A stretch of 64,000 bases of DNA from the IMG/VR virus record IMGVR_UViG_3300042301_004349, positions 64,001 through 128,000 of that record. One strand, written 5' to 3'. Shown one piece after another: positions 1 through 10,073 of the stretch. Under the pieces are notes generated by a model that made no database searches, had not been told where the DNA came from, and saw only the letters and a program-made list of their open reading frames with translations. The stretch is from a virus. The stretch's first letter is position 1. Each line of letters begins with the position of its first letter. Both the position numbers and the translations under genes were made by a program.

Positions 1-16
1 CAATAATATAAAACAT
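1..16 (-). CDS. 5' end of a gene running off the left edge (MFYII...)
   Basis: ATG at 16 (minus strand) after an A-rich leader and a TACATTTA element at 37-44; only 5 codons visible. Confidence 0.4.
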
Positions 17-60
17 AACCTTTTTTTTTGTAGACTTAAATGTAATGTAAAGACTTTGAC

Positions 61-555
61 TTAAAAAGTTTCTTCTTGAAGATAAAGTTTTATTCCAGGC
101 ATTTCTTTATCAGCTTGTTCTATTTCATTTATATCAAATGTTCCTCCTTTTCTAAATGCAAACCTTGTATCACACCTTAATACTAAAATTTGATATAAAG
201 GATTGTTTTTTACAGAATTATAAGTATCTATATTTATTTCCTTTATATAAACAGGGATAGTATGTATATATTTAATAAAATATCTCAACACAAATTCTGG
301 ATTTTCTGATACATTTCCTTCTTCATCTTCAGGAGGAATAACATCATTTATGTTAAAATAATACCCATTTGCTTTATTATTTTTAACTAAACTAGATGCT
401 AATATTAGTTGTTTTGCTCTCCCTGTATATACTTTTCCAGGATATGCTTTACCCCTAACTTCACAATAATATCCTACATAAGGGTTAAAATTTGAATCCA
501 AATATTTTCCCCCAGTTGTATAATTTACTTTTGCTATATTTTTAGGTACTCTCAT
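61..555 (-). CDS. hypothetical protein, last gene of the baseplate operon
   Basis: 164-aa ORF; ATG overlaps the stop of the upstream gene (TAATG at 555). Confidence 0.75.
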   Translation of the reverse strand: MRVPKNIAKVNYTTGGKYLDSNFNPYVGYYCEVRGKAYPGKVYTGRAKQLILASSLVKNNKANGYYFNINDVIPPEDEEGNVSENPEFVLRYFIKYIHTIPVYIKEINIDTYNSVKNNPLYQILVLRCDTRFAFRKGGTFDINEIEQADKEMPGIKLYLQEETF

Positions 556-3500
556 TATAAATTATTAAGTATATAATCTTTAATTGTTTTGCCTTCAGTA
601 ATTGGTCTATCTGAAGTGAGTTCACCATGTCCAAAAATTTGATTCTTTTTAAATCCTAAAAATTGTATAAGACGTGCTGCTGCTTCTACTTGAACAGGTA
701 ATACATCTGCATCATTTTTTGCTACCACTTCTACTCCTATTGATTGGCTATTATAATTACCAGCATGCCATCCTTTACCACCATCAGGTATAAATCTATA
801 AATTCCTCCATTTCTACCAATTACATACTGTGCTGGGTATCCTCTATCATAGAAAACTCTATATGTATGAATTGATCCCTCACGACCATCTCTTCCATCA
901 CTTCCCGCAGTATGGTGAACAACAAACATTGTTGGTGGTGAGGCAATTGTGCCTAAATTAAATCTGTTTAATTTTGTATCATCAATAATTCCAGATTCTG
1001 TTAAAGGTGTTAAGCCTTTCTTTGATAGATTAATATCTGAAGTTCCTTTTACAAATTTGTATTCTGGGTAGTATTTAGATAAGTTTTGGGTTGATACTGC
1101 TTCTCCTTCTTTAACTAGCCTTCCTCCTGCTCTGTTATTTACTGATTCTTTCCATGTACCACTACCATCTGTGTAATTAGTACTTCTAGATCCCCCTCCA
1201 CTACCTCCATTACCTCCGTTTCCGCTTCCAAGTTTTAAAACTACATCAAACCAATTTATTGGTTCACCATCTGGGTCTTCCAAAATAATTGTTTGTCCTT
1301 CTAATTTAGTGGTCCAACCATTATCATTAATAGTATGTGCTATACCAGTTAAAATATAGCCTAATCTTCTACCAATATCTTCACCATCAGTTTTATATCC
1401 TCTAGGAAGTAAATCTGGGTGTATATTAAATATATGTCCTATGATTAGGTTTGATATACCATCTATCTCTAGTGATAATTTTGTAGGTATGATTGCTTTG
1501 AATTTGATTGGGTTTTTAGATAATGCTCTAAAAACTGCTATAAGATCCCTAAGAGCACCCTCATATTTACTTGCATCTGCTAAATCAAAATCTGCTTCCC
1601 ATCCACCCATCCAACTAATAAATTCATATATAGGTTCTAAATTAGTTAATAGATTTTGTAATTGAACACTAGCTTCATTTTGGTCTTTAGGAGTGTTCAT
1701 AGCACTCATCCTAGGTTTTAAGCGGTCTTTTACCCCCTGATTAAAACCAACCATAGTATCATTCTCTAATCCTAATTCACCACCACCTGTTTGAGCTCCA
1801 ATTGCTACAATAGAAGATTGCTCAGAAAATATTTGTGATTCTAATGAATAACTTCTTACAGTAGAAAATAAACCATTATATTTTCCTGTTGGTTTACCAT
1901 CTTCTGAGTAGAATGTAAATGTCTTATCATAAGTGTCTTGTTTTGATTCTGGGTCGACAAAATTAAGATCTACAATTCTAGCTATAGAGTCAAGTGGGTC
2001 AACATGTATATCAAAGTTATTTACATTCCCTGTTGCAGTAGCTATATCTGCTAACATTTTCTTTAGAAAATCATACAGGTTAATAGTATTTTTTTCAGTT
2101 TTATCTTCTCCTTCTAATCCAGGATCTTTACTTATTTTTAATAAATAACGTAAACTAACATATATGTTTCCTATTTGACCTAAACCTGCTTTACAAGCAG
2201 GATCTGCGGTTCCAAGAGCATCAGATACAGAAAATGGTTTTAATTTAGATAAAAATTCAAGATTATCAGCAGCATCTTCTTGTTTATCTTTTATTTCTTT
2301 TATTTTATTTTCAGTTTCAATTTGAGCTGTAATTGTAGCTTTTCTAGTTTTAATTATGCCTAAATCTGTTCCTTTTAAATTTGCTAAACTTAAAGAAATA
2401 GCTTCTATTTCTGATTCCCATAAAGTAGCATCTAAAAATTCATAAAATTGTTCTTGTTTATAACTAATATCTCCACCTATAGTCACATTAGGAATTTCTT
2501 TCCCGTTTGCGTCTTTTCCTCTATCAACAGTTGCTGCTAATTCATATTGTCTTTGCAGTTCACGAACAGCTGAATCTTCATTAATACCTGCTATTTTACA
2601 GGCTTCAAGATAATTTATAATAGAATTTATAATAGCATCATCATTATTACTAGATCCACTAGATATTATACCTTGAGGTATTACTGTGCCCGTAATTACA
2701 GTTTTAGCAGCTGCTTCTACGGTAACACGAGAACCACCAAATTCCATTTCTTTTTGGGTGCCATCACTGTTTGTAACTTGAGGTCCAGGATCTCCAGGAA
2801 CTGTTGTAGGTTCTGATCCTGATGGGGTAGTACCAAAATCTTCAGGTAATTGGAAACTTCCCCAAACATCGTTTTTAATTAAACATACTGAAGGGTTTAC
2901 AGATATTTGTAAAGGATGGCATAAACTTAATAAGTAAGGGGTTGAAGGTTTTTTTAAATTTTCAGAAGACATTGATCCTCCATTTTGATAAGGCCTATCA
3001 CTTGTTGTTACCCCAATAATCGGTTTATTTCCACCTTCAGCTACAATGCCTACTGTTATGTGGTTATTTATTAACTTACATAGAGATTCTAATGAAATAT
3101 ATTTTTGGCAATCCATATCACCAAACTCTTCATCATCTTCTGTTGTTCCATGTAATTCAATATCCATAGCAAACATATCGTATGTAACGCCGTATTTATC
3201 AGTTACAGTAGAAGAAGCACTAGAATTTCCTGAGTCAATAGATTCCCATAACTCATATATTAATCCTGAGATAAAGTTTCTTTGATAGAATTTTTTCAAT
3301 TGACTTGGAGCAGGGGTGAATGCTGATTTTTGTATTTGTAGATATCCACTTGCTTCTAATGCTACTAGTGATAAATTAGCTGATTGGTAATTTATTTTTA
3401 ATGATTCTATCATTTCGCCGATAGAGATTAAAGTTGTACTACAATCATATCCACCATCTGGTCTTGCTGACCATTTATAGTTTTTAATTATGCCTAAGAA

Positions 3501-4109
3501 CCCACCATAATTTCCTTGTGCCCTTTCCTCTTTTTCAAATAGTTTATTAAAAACATATTGATAATCCTTATTATTGTATTCACTATTAAATATATCAAAT
3601 GGGGCTTCTGGGGTAGTTACTAAATTTCCACTATTATCAATATAAGAAGTCCAACCCCATTCTAATAATACAGAATAACCTGGTCTCATATAAAGTAATT
3701 CTAAATCTTCTAGTTGAGTTATGTCCCAACAATTAAAATTTATTGTTACTTCTCTTAATGAACCATAAGCACCTTTTGATTTAACTTCAGCACTTGTAAC
3801 ACCAGGCATTGGTCTAATACCGTACAAATGGGTTTTACCATTTGGTGTTTGTAATGAATAGGCGTTTTCAGGACCCTTACCAACACCACCTCTTAATTTA
3901 TCATTGTATAAAGCACCCCCTGCTAAAATATAATTTTTAGCTAATGCTCCACCATCCCCATCAACCTCAACAGATGAGGACATCCTTAACCAGGATTTTG
4001 ATCCGTTATGGATTACTAAATCTGATAAACTACGTCTAGCAATAGCCTTGCTTCTTGCTATAAGTTGTTCTTTAATAGTGGGTGAAAATGATTGTTTAAA
4101 TAAAGACAT
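555..4109 (-). CDS. large baseplate hub-like protein with C-terminal N-acetylmuramoyl-L-alanine amidase (Amidase_2-like) domain
   Basis: C-terminal VVHHTAG...AQYVIGRNG...WHAGNYNSQSIGVEV...FGHGE motifs after a Gly-rich linker; position in the baseplate cluster. Confidence 0.7.
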   Translation of the reverse strand: MSLFKQSFSPTIKEQLIARSKAIARRSLSDLVIHNGSKSWLRMSSSVEVDGDGGALAKNYILAGGALYNDKLRGGVGKGPENAYSLQTPNGKTHLYGIRPMPGVTSAEVKSKGAYGSLREVTINFNCWDITQLEDLELLYMRPGYSVLLEWGWTSYIDNSGNLVTTPEAPFDIFNSEYNNKDYQYVFNKLFEKEERAQGNYGGFLGIIKNYKWSARPDGGYDCSTTLISIGEMIESLKINYQSANLSLVALEASGYLQIQKSAFTPAPSQLKKFYQRNFISGLIYELWESIDSGNSSASSTVTDKYGVTYDMFAMDIELHGTTEDDEEFGDMDCQKYISLESLCKLINNHITVGIVAEGGNKPIIGVTTSDRPYQNGGSMSSENLKKPSTPYLLSLCHPLQISVNPSVCLIKNDVWGSFQLPEDFGTTPSGSEPTTVPGDPGPQVTNSDGTQKEMEFGGSRVTVEAAAKTVITGTVIPQGIISSGSSNNDDAIINSIINYLEACKIAGINEDSAVRELQRQYELAATVDRGKDANGKEIPNVTIGGDISYKQEQFYEFLDATLWESEIEAISLSLANLKGTDLGIIKTRKATITAQIETENKIKEIKDKQEDAADNLEFLSKLKPFSVSDALGTADPACKAGLGQIGNIYVSLRYLLKISKDPGLEGEDKTEKNTINLYDFLKKMLADIATATGNVNNFDIHVDPLDSIARIVDLNFVDPESKQDTYDKTFTFYSEDGKPTGKYNGLFSTVRSYSLESQIFSEQSSIVAIGAQTGGGELGLENDTMVGFNQGVKDRLKPRMSAMNTPKDQNEASVQLQNLLTNLEPIYEFISWMGGWEADFDLADASKYEGALRDLIAVFRALSKNPIKFKAIIPTKLSLEIDGISNLIIGHIFNIHPDLLPRGYKTDGEDIGRRLGYILTGIAHTINDNGWTTKLEGQTIILEDPDGEPINWFDVVLKLGSGNGGNGGSGGGSRSTNYTDGSGTWKESVNNRAGGRLVKEGEAVSTQNLSKYYPEYKFVKGTSDINLSKKGLTPLTESGIIDDTKLNRFNLGTIASPPTMFVVHHTAGSDGRDGREGSIHTYRVFYDRGYPAQYVIGRNGGIYRFIPDGGKGWHAGNYNSQSIGVEVVAKNDADVLPVQVEAAARLIQFLGFKKNQIFGHGELTSDRPITEGKTIKDYILNNL

Positions 4110-4113
4110 AACA

Positions 4114-4413
4114 TTATTTGTAATTTAAATCATTAAACAATTTTAAAACGGCTCCTAAATCTGTTGGGATTCGTAATTGAGTTCCTGGTGTTAAAAACAT
4201 GGATCCCTTGTTTATATTATTGTTTGCTGATGATATAATCCACCAATATTCGGGGTTTCTGTAGTATGAATATGCTAATAAGTCTAATCTATCACCTATT
4301 GTTGTAATAACATAGATATCATCCTCAGATAAAGGAATATTTGGGTATCTCTTTAACTTAAGGTATTTAGTACCTGTGGGTAATTGTATAATATCTCTTG
4401 TTGTGTATCTCAT
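4114..4413 (-). CDS. LysM-like / baseplate wedge (gp53/tail protein X-like) protein
   Basis: GDRLDLLAYSYYRNPEYWWIISSAN...PGTQLRIP, typical of contractile-tail baseplate LysM-like proteins. Confidence 0.7.
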   Translation of the reverse strand: MRYTTRDIIQLPTGTKYLKLKRYPNIPLSEDDIYVITTIGDRLDLLAYSYYRNPEYWWIISSANNNINKGSMFLTPGTQLRIPTDLGAVLKLFNDLNYK

Positions 4414-6734
4414 TATCTAGCTTGTGCTCCTGTTAAATAACCAGTTCCGGATATTGGATTTGGTAAATAATTTAAAAATCCACCTTCTTTATATGTAGGT
4501 AATTCTTTTCCAATAATAGTAAAACTAAATTGTGCATTTATATACATTGCTAATTTTTCATCTATATCCCAAGATGAAACATCAGGTATGTCAAAAGAAA
4601 TTGATGTTAATATTCCTGGTTCGCTTACTAAATAATTTCCTAATGTTACTTTTGTAATTATTCCCCCTAATCTGTTATTACTATCATATTTTCCAGCACC
4701 TGCTGATTGCAATTCACTCAATGCTCTATGTTTTTCAAATAAATGAGTTTTGTTGAAACATGGAATTTGTATATTAAAACTTACATCTCTCTTATGCTCA
4801 GTGAAGGTATAAAAACTTTCTGACCTACCCACATATTTTACTGGGTTCCAGGTGGAGTTTGAATTATATTTAAAACCTGATAGATATGCTGAAAATACTA
4901 CATTTCTTGCGTCTGTTGCTGTGAATGGGTCTATTGTGTCAAAACTAACAAGCATTATGTCTCGATCAACTCTATTAAAATGAGGAGTTGTATTTTCCCC
5001 ATTAAAATAAAACCCACGTTGGTTTTGTCTGTTTACTGGTACATCTGCTAATTTAAAGGACTCAGCCTCAGATGTTGATGTCATCTCATTGTTTTGGAAA
5101 ACTGTCTCTAATTTCCCTTCCATTTTAGAAACATCTATAATAGAGGCTTTAACAGATTTTGATATCCCCGGTTTACCACTTTTAACAACTAACTCATCCA
5201 ATTCATGCATTTCTTTATCCCAATTAGATAATTGAGCATCAGCTTCTGCCTGAGTTTTGCCATAAAAAATTTTATCTCCTGTACCAATATTAAAATTTGT
5301 TGGGGATTCTACGCCTGCCCCCCCTGGTGTTTCTTGTTGAATTTTGATTACTCTTGTACTTTTTGTGTAATCAGTATCTTCTTTTTGAGTTTTTAATACA
5401 ACAAATTTATCAGATAGGACATCTCTTAATGGGTTTATTGCTGGGGTTCCTTTTGCACCTTCAACTACACTAATATTTCCATTTCCAATATCCTTTTGTA
5501 ATTTACTTTCTGGGTGTTGGGGATTATATAAAAATTGGTTGGTTCCTGGTTTTGTAGAATCAATTTCAAGTGGAGTTCTCTTTAATGCATCAAATTGGCC
5601 TAATTCTTTAACATTATTTAAAGGAGTAATTTGAGGGGATATAGGAGTTGCAATTTTTCCACCTTTCCACCTAAGGATTTCTTGTCTTGTTTTACCTTGT
5701 TTGTCCTCAAGTACATAACTATCCCCAATATACCTACTTCTTTCGGTTAAAGGGTTAAAAGATAAACTTCCAAGTATAGTTTGAAATTCTGATTCAGTAA
5801 GAGCATCTCTTATTTTTCTTCTATCATCGGTAAATGCATATCTATTAATAGTGGTTCTTCCTATACCATACAATGAATTAGGACCCCCATTGTAACTATC
5901 AATAGTAAATTGTTCAAGTAATGATTTTACATCTAGTTTATTTCTTTTAAATTTAGTACGGTCAAAATCAGAACGAATAAATTTTTCTCGAAAAAAATCA
6001 CCACCTTCTTCCTCAGTTTTTTGTTTTAAAAGTTTATTAGTATCTCTAGTAGCTTGTCTTCCGTCTCTATTAGCTGCTCTATTAAGTTGTCTTCCTTCTC
6101 GGTTATTTGCTCTATTTTCTCTTCTTCCTTCTCGGTTAGCGGCTCTATTTTCTCTTCTTTCTTCTCGTAAATCAAAATCTTCACCAACTCCTCCTATCTG
6201 ATCTCCTAGATTAAATTTATCAGTTAAACCAACTAACCTATTATTATCAGAATTTTTATTATTTTCAGTAACTACACTAAGGTATTTAATACTGTCGTCT
6301 GTTACTGGGAAAAGACCATGTCTTGTTAAGTGTTTACCAAATGCTGTAAGAGGGATTTGGCGAAGGGTATTAATACCTAAATTATATAAACGAGTTGAAC
6401 CAAGTGCCCCACCAAGTCCTTTTTTTCTTTCAAGTTTAGGATTAGATAATTGTAACCCAACTTGTTTAGCTATAAATAAGGGTCCTTTAGGTGAGTCTTT
6501 AAGAAACTTACCTATACGAATTGTATCAACTACGGATGAATTTAAAGCACCGATTGCTCCCCCTCTGATTAAACCATCATCATATTTAGTAAGTCTAACT
6601 CTGGTAAGAGGTTTATCTAAATCTTCTAATTCGGTTTTTATATAAGGTTGCCCACTGTTACCTCCATCTGAGGTATCATTACCGTATTTTAAGCTGCGTA
6701 GTTGGGTAGCATTTAATTGCGTAATTATAGGCAT
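4413..6734 (-). CDS. putative baseplate/tail-tube initiator protein
   Basis: C-terminal W-x4-YVGRSESFYTFTEHKRDVSF...GILTSISF segment resembles tube-initiator folds; lies between tape measure and LysM-like genes. Confidence 0.55.
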   Translation of the reverse strand: MPIITQLNATQLRSLKYGNDTSDGGNSGQPYIKTELEDLDKPLTRVRLTKYDDGLIRGGAIGALNSSVVDTIRIGKFLKDSPKGPLFIAKQVGLQLSNPKLERKKGLGGALGSTRLYNLGINTLRQIPLTAFGKHLTRHGLFPVTDDSIKYLSVVTENNKNSDNNRLVGLTDKFNLGDQIGGVGEDFDLREERRENRAANREGRRENRANNREGRQLNRAANRDGRQATRDTNKLLKQKTEEEGGDFFREKFIRSDFDRTKFKRNKLDVKSLLEQFTIDSYNGGPNSLYGIGRTTINRYAFTDDRRKIRDALTESEFQTILGSLSFNPLTERSRYIGDSYVLEDKQGKTRQEILRWKGGKIATPISPQITPLNNVKELGQFDALKRTPLEIDSTKPGTNQFLYNPQHPESKLQKDIGNGNISVVEGAKGTPAINPLRDVLSDKFVVLKTQKEDTDYTKSTRVIKIQQETPGGAGVESPTNFNIGTGDKIFYGKTQAEADAQLSNWDKEMHELDELVVKSGKPGISKSVKASIIDVSKMEGKLETVFQNNEMTSTSEAESFKLADVPVNRQNQRGFYFNGENTTPHFNRVDRDIMLVSFDTIDPFTATDARNVVFSAYLSGFKYNSNSTWNPVKYVGRSESFYTFTEHKRDVSFNIQIPCFNKTHLFEKHRALSELQSAGAGKYDSNNRLGGIITKVTLGNYLVSEPGILTSISFDIPDVSSWDIDEKLAMYINAQFSFTIIGKELPTYKEGGFLNYLPNPISGTGYLTGAQAR
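6046..6168 (-). repeat. approx. 4 imperfect 33-bp (11-aa) repeats RRENRAANREG within the baseplate gene
   Basis: Translation RRENRAANREG RRENRANNREG RQLNRAANRDG RQATRDTN. Confidence 0.8.
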
Positions 6735-6749
6735 TCCTTAATTTATTTA

Positions 6750-7046
6750 TTAGTAACGACCTTCTGTTGGACCTAAATCGCTATATTTACGACCTTTTTT
6801 TGATTTGTATTGGGTTGCACGTGGATTACGTGGTGCCTTTGGATCTAATTCATCTAATGTAGATTCTGGTCTAACTTTAGAAGAACCATTAAAGTCAACT
6901 AATTTAACTTTAGGATCGGTATGGATTGAGTACTGATTGTGTAATTTATCAGTAGCTGTACCAGCAAAATATCCAAATTTTCTACCTTCTAATCTATTAG
7001 CTACTAAACCTAATTTGCTTTTGTCTTTTTGGTTAATGATTGCCAT
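6750..7046 (-). CDS. small basic hypothetical protein
   Basis: 98-aa ORF with ATATTTAT motif upstream. Confidence 0.75.
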   Translation of the reverse strand: MAIINQKDKSKLGLVANRLEGRKFGYFAGTATDKLHNQYSIHTDPKVKLVDFNGSSKVRPESTLDELDPKAPRNPRATQYKSKKGRKYSDLGPTEGRY

Positions 7047-7074
7047 TTTTATTTTAATTTAAAATTGTCTATGT

Positions 7075-7082
7075 ATAAATAT
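7075..7082 (-). promoter_or_regulatory. putative late promoter motif ATATTTAT (coding strand); representative of 22 intergenic copies
   Basis: Plus-strand ATAAATAT starts at 7075, 9778, 10825, 11343, 11921, 13695, 15057, 20119, 20671, 28770, 29204, 33143, 37506, 42501, 43848, 48658, 49366, 52334, 56949, 58845, 60448, 62401; each lies upstream of a minus-strand start codon. Confidence 0.75.
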
Positions 7083-7086
7083 TTAC

Positions 7087-9747
7087 TTAGGCCGTTTTAT
7101 AACGCCCGTTCATATTTTGTGTTGTACCTACTTTCACGCTATCCATCATCACTATACCTTCTTTATTGATTAGTTGACCAATAGCAGCTCTAACTTCATT
7201 AAGGGCTGAAACTACTGGTGATAGGTCAATAGCTACTCCACCACCTCCACTACTTTCACCACCCATTAAATCTGTACCTACTTTGATTTTACCATCAGCA
7301 CCGTACATTGCTTTATCGTTTGGATCTAATTGAACTGATCCAAACCCCCCAGTCATTACTGGTCCTTTGCTTGGGTCAATCACACCATCTCTCATAGCCA
7401 TGTAAGTACCTAAAGAAGCCATAACAGCGGCTAAACCTGCTATAATCCATACTGTAGCGGCACCGAATGAAACGGCTTCTGCTGCGGTAACTGTGGCTGC
7501 TGCTGTTCCTGCTGCAAGTGTTGCTTCTGTAGCTCTTAAACCCAACAATATTGGTATTTTAGCTATTTGTGCTAATATCCCAGCTTTACTAATTCCTTCA
7601 AATAGGGCTTTTCCTCTAGCTACAATTAAATCTTTAAGAGCCCAACCATATGCTATTACTTTAGTAGCTAATGATTCTTTTTCTAATGCTGAGCTTAATT
7701 GTCTAAATGATAATTTACTTCCTTCAGTGGCTAATCCTATTGCTGCCTGGGCGTTACCAAAAGTTGATAATGTATTTTCTGTTATTTTGTGTGTTAACGA
7801 TGCCGCTTGGTAACCTACTTTTCGACCCATTAAAGTTGCTGATAGTCCTTCAGTAATTGCTATTGCTTTGCCAATTCCATTTATAGCTAACATTGTTCCA
7901 TAAATGCCTAGAAATAATCCTCCTATTATTTTAATAGGAGTAGCCATATAATTAATTATATTTAAAGCTCCACTTAACATATCTATAAATGAACCTAACG
8001 GACCCGCCATTAAATTGCCAAATAAACTTTGTAATTTTTCTACAGCAGCATTAAATTTATCTTGAATATTTTGTCTTTCAAGAGCTTGTGCTGCTTCTTC
8101 CTCACTTATTTGTTGTAATGATTTCCCAGATTTAACTGCTTCTTCTCTTTTTCTCAATTGTTCAGCTAATTTATCTGAGGTAGTTCCTAAAGACTGAGCA
8201 TAAGCGTCTTGTGCTAATACATTCATTTTAGAGAACTTAGTAGCAGTCATACCTTGGTTTGCTAATTCTTGAGCAACACCAGCCATATCACCTTGTAAAG
8301 CTAATGCTCTAGCTCTTTCTAAATTTAGAGCCTGACCTGTTAATAACTCAGCTTTTAACTCATTTTCAATTGATGATTCAAAATTTAATAAAGATTCTGC
8401 TTGTGACTTAGTATCTTCTAATGTAGTACCTAATGCTTTAGCTTGAACTACAGCTCTAGCTATACGTTCAGGATTATATCCTAAATTAGCAGCCAATTGG
8501 CCTGATACTTTAACAGCTTCTGCTAATGTTGCTTTAAAATCAATACCAACTTTAAGTTGATTTCTTGCAGTTGTTAAACCTCTAACAAACGATCTGTATG
8601 TTTCTTCTGATGATTTACCTGATAATGTTGCAAATCTTTGAACTTGAGCAGCTTCTTCTGCTTGTAATCCAACTTGTTTTGTTAATTTAATTTGAGTTTC
8701 AAGTTGATCAGCAGTAAATTCATAAGCAAATCCTGTTACTTTAGCCAATTCTCCAAAAGCTTGGGTTAAATTAGCAGTAGTGACATTTAGATTATTAGAT
8801 GAGCTTTCAATAGCAACCATCTTTTCTCTAAAAGCATCAGCTCTTTGAGTTCCATAACCTAATTGCTTTCCTAATTCAACTGCTTGTGCGTTTGCATTTA
8901 AAGCAGCTTTAAAGAAGAAATTAGCGATTTTTAATAATATAGTAAGTTGTGTAACTGGGTCTTTTAATGCTTGGCCTATGCCAGAAACAATTCCTGTCAT
9001 TCCTTTCATCATCACCTCCCACTTAGTTCCTGTTTTAGCGGTATCTCTCATATCTTCCTTTAAATTCTCAAAGAAATCACTACTAATACCTAATTTACCT
9101 AAAGAACCAACGATACCATCTACTATTTTTCCAGATATACCTAGCTTTTCAATAATTTTATTTTCCTCATCTAATCTTTGTTGAGTAAGTGTTTGTGCTC
9201 TATATAAATAATTGTTATTCTGATCTAAAAATTTACCTTCCTTATCAAATAATCCATTTAATTCTCTGTATTGAGATATTTCTTCTAAAACATTTTTAAG
9301 GCCTCTTTCTTTAGCGTTTGCTTCAATTCTATCTAAATTTTGACCTTTATATTTACTATCTAAAAATTCTTTACTTTTATATAACTTTTGAGTTTCGATT
9401 TGAAGTTTTTTCTGGTTGCTTATTAAGTCTTGTTTAGATAGTCTACTAATATCTTGAGAGTCATATTTCAATTTATCAGCAAGACCACTTATTTTTTTAA
9501 AACTTGAATTAATATCTCTAGAAGTAACATTAGTTTTAGATAAGTCTCTTACAACATTTTTTAATTGATCTGCTAGATCTGTAAAATCATTAGATAAAGA
9601 ATCAAAGTGACGTTGAGCATTAATTAATTCTCTATTAAATTCAGCAGTACTAGCCTTAACCTCATCCATTCGCTTTCTAAGTTCGGTAGCGTTTAGACCT
9701 GAGTCTTTTAAATACTGTTCAATCTGTTTTAATAATTTCTCATCCAT
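7087..9747 (-). CDS. tail tape measure protein
   Basis: Long helical, Ala/Leu/Gln-rich protein with hydrophobic C-terminal stretches, downstream of tube and chaperone genes; start moved from TTG 9756 to ATG 9747 (MDEKLL). Confidence 0.8.
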   Translation of the reverse strand: MDEKLLKQIEQYLKDSGLNATELRKRMDEVKASTAEFNRELINAQRHFDSLSNDFTDLADQLKNVVRDLSKTNVTSRDINSSFKKISGLADKLKYDSQDISRLSKQDLISNQKKLQIETQKLYKSKEFLDSKYKGQNLDRIEANAKERGLKNVLEEISQYRELNGLFDKEGKFLDQNNNYLYRAQTLTQQRLDEENKIIEKLGISGKIVDGIVGSLGKLGISSDFFENLKEDMRDTAKTGTKWEVMMKGMTGIVSGIGQALKDPVTQLTILLKIANFFFKAALNANAQAVELGKQLGYGTQRADAFREKMVAIESSSNNLNVTTANLTQAFGELAKVTGFAYEFTADQLETQIKLTKQVGLQAEEAAQVQRFATLSGKSSEETYRSFVRGLTTARNQLKVGIDFKATLAEAVKVSGQLAANLGYNPERIARAVVQAKALGTTLEDTKSQAESLLNFESSIENELKAELLTGQALNLERARALALQGDMAGVAQELANQGMTATKFSKMNVLAQDAYAQSLGTTSDKLAEQLRKREEAVKSGKSLQQISEEEAAQALERQNIQDKFNAAVEKLQSLFGNLMAGPLGSFIDMLSGALNIINYMATPIKIIGGLFLGIYGTMLAINGIGKAIAITEGLSATLMGRKVGYQAASLTHKITENTLSTFGNAQAAIGLATEGSKLSFRQLSSALEKESLATKVIAYGWALKDLIVARGKALFEGISKAGILAQIAKIPILLGLRATEATLAAGTAAATVTAAEAVSFGAATVWIIAGLAAVMASLGTYMAMRDGVIDPSKGPVMTGGFGSVQLDPNDKAMYGADGKIKVGTDLMGGESSGGGGVAIDLSPVVSALNEVRAAIGQLINKEGIVMMDSVKVGTTQNMNGRYKTA

Positions 9748-9786
9748 GAGTAGCAATAATAGGTAATAATTACTCGTATAAATATA

Positions 9787-9812
9787 AAAAGCGCCTATTT
9801 CTTAGGCGCTTT
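9787..9812 (-). terminator. intrinsic terminator
   Basis: Coding strand AAAGCGCCTA-AGAAA-TAGGCGCTTT then TT; overlaps the TAG of the frameshift ORF. Confidence 0.8.
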
Positions 9813-10073
9813 CGTTGAATATGTAGGTTGTGATACGTTGGGTGTTAATGGTTTTGATGATGGTTTTGTTTTATTCTCAAGCTGTTTATTTTGTTTTTCA
9901 ATAGCTTCAGCTTCTTCTTCATAAAACTTTTTCATCTTATGGAATGTAAATCGACGCAACCATATCGGCATATTATATACTGTATTCCAATCATATCCAC
10001 CTTTTCCATGAAATACAATTTCGTGGATTTGGTCAAATATTATAGGTCTATCTTCCTGAGTCAGGCCAAAAAA
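9795..10073 (-). CDS. start-less ORF (gp51-like chaperone extension), probably reached by +1 frameshift from the 10048..10800 gene; not in ORF track
   Basis: Hand translation FFGLTQEDRPIIFDQIHEIVFHGKGGYDWNTVYNMPIWLRRFTFHKMKKFYEEEAEAIEKQNKQLENKTKPSSKPLTPNVSQPTYSTKAPKK*; in-frame TAG at 10085-10083 closes it upstream; U7 run at 10074-10068. Confidence 0.75.
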   Translation of the reverse strand, partial: FFGLTQEDRPIIFDQIHEIVFHGKGGYDWNTVYNMPIWLRRFTFHKMKKFYEEEAEAIEKQNKQLENKTKPSSKPLTPNVSQPTYSTKAPKK

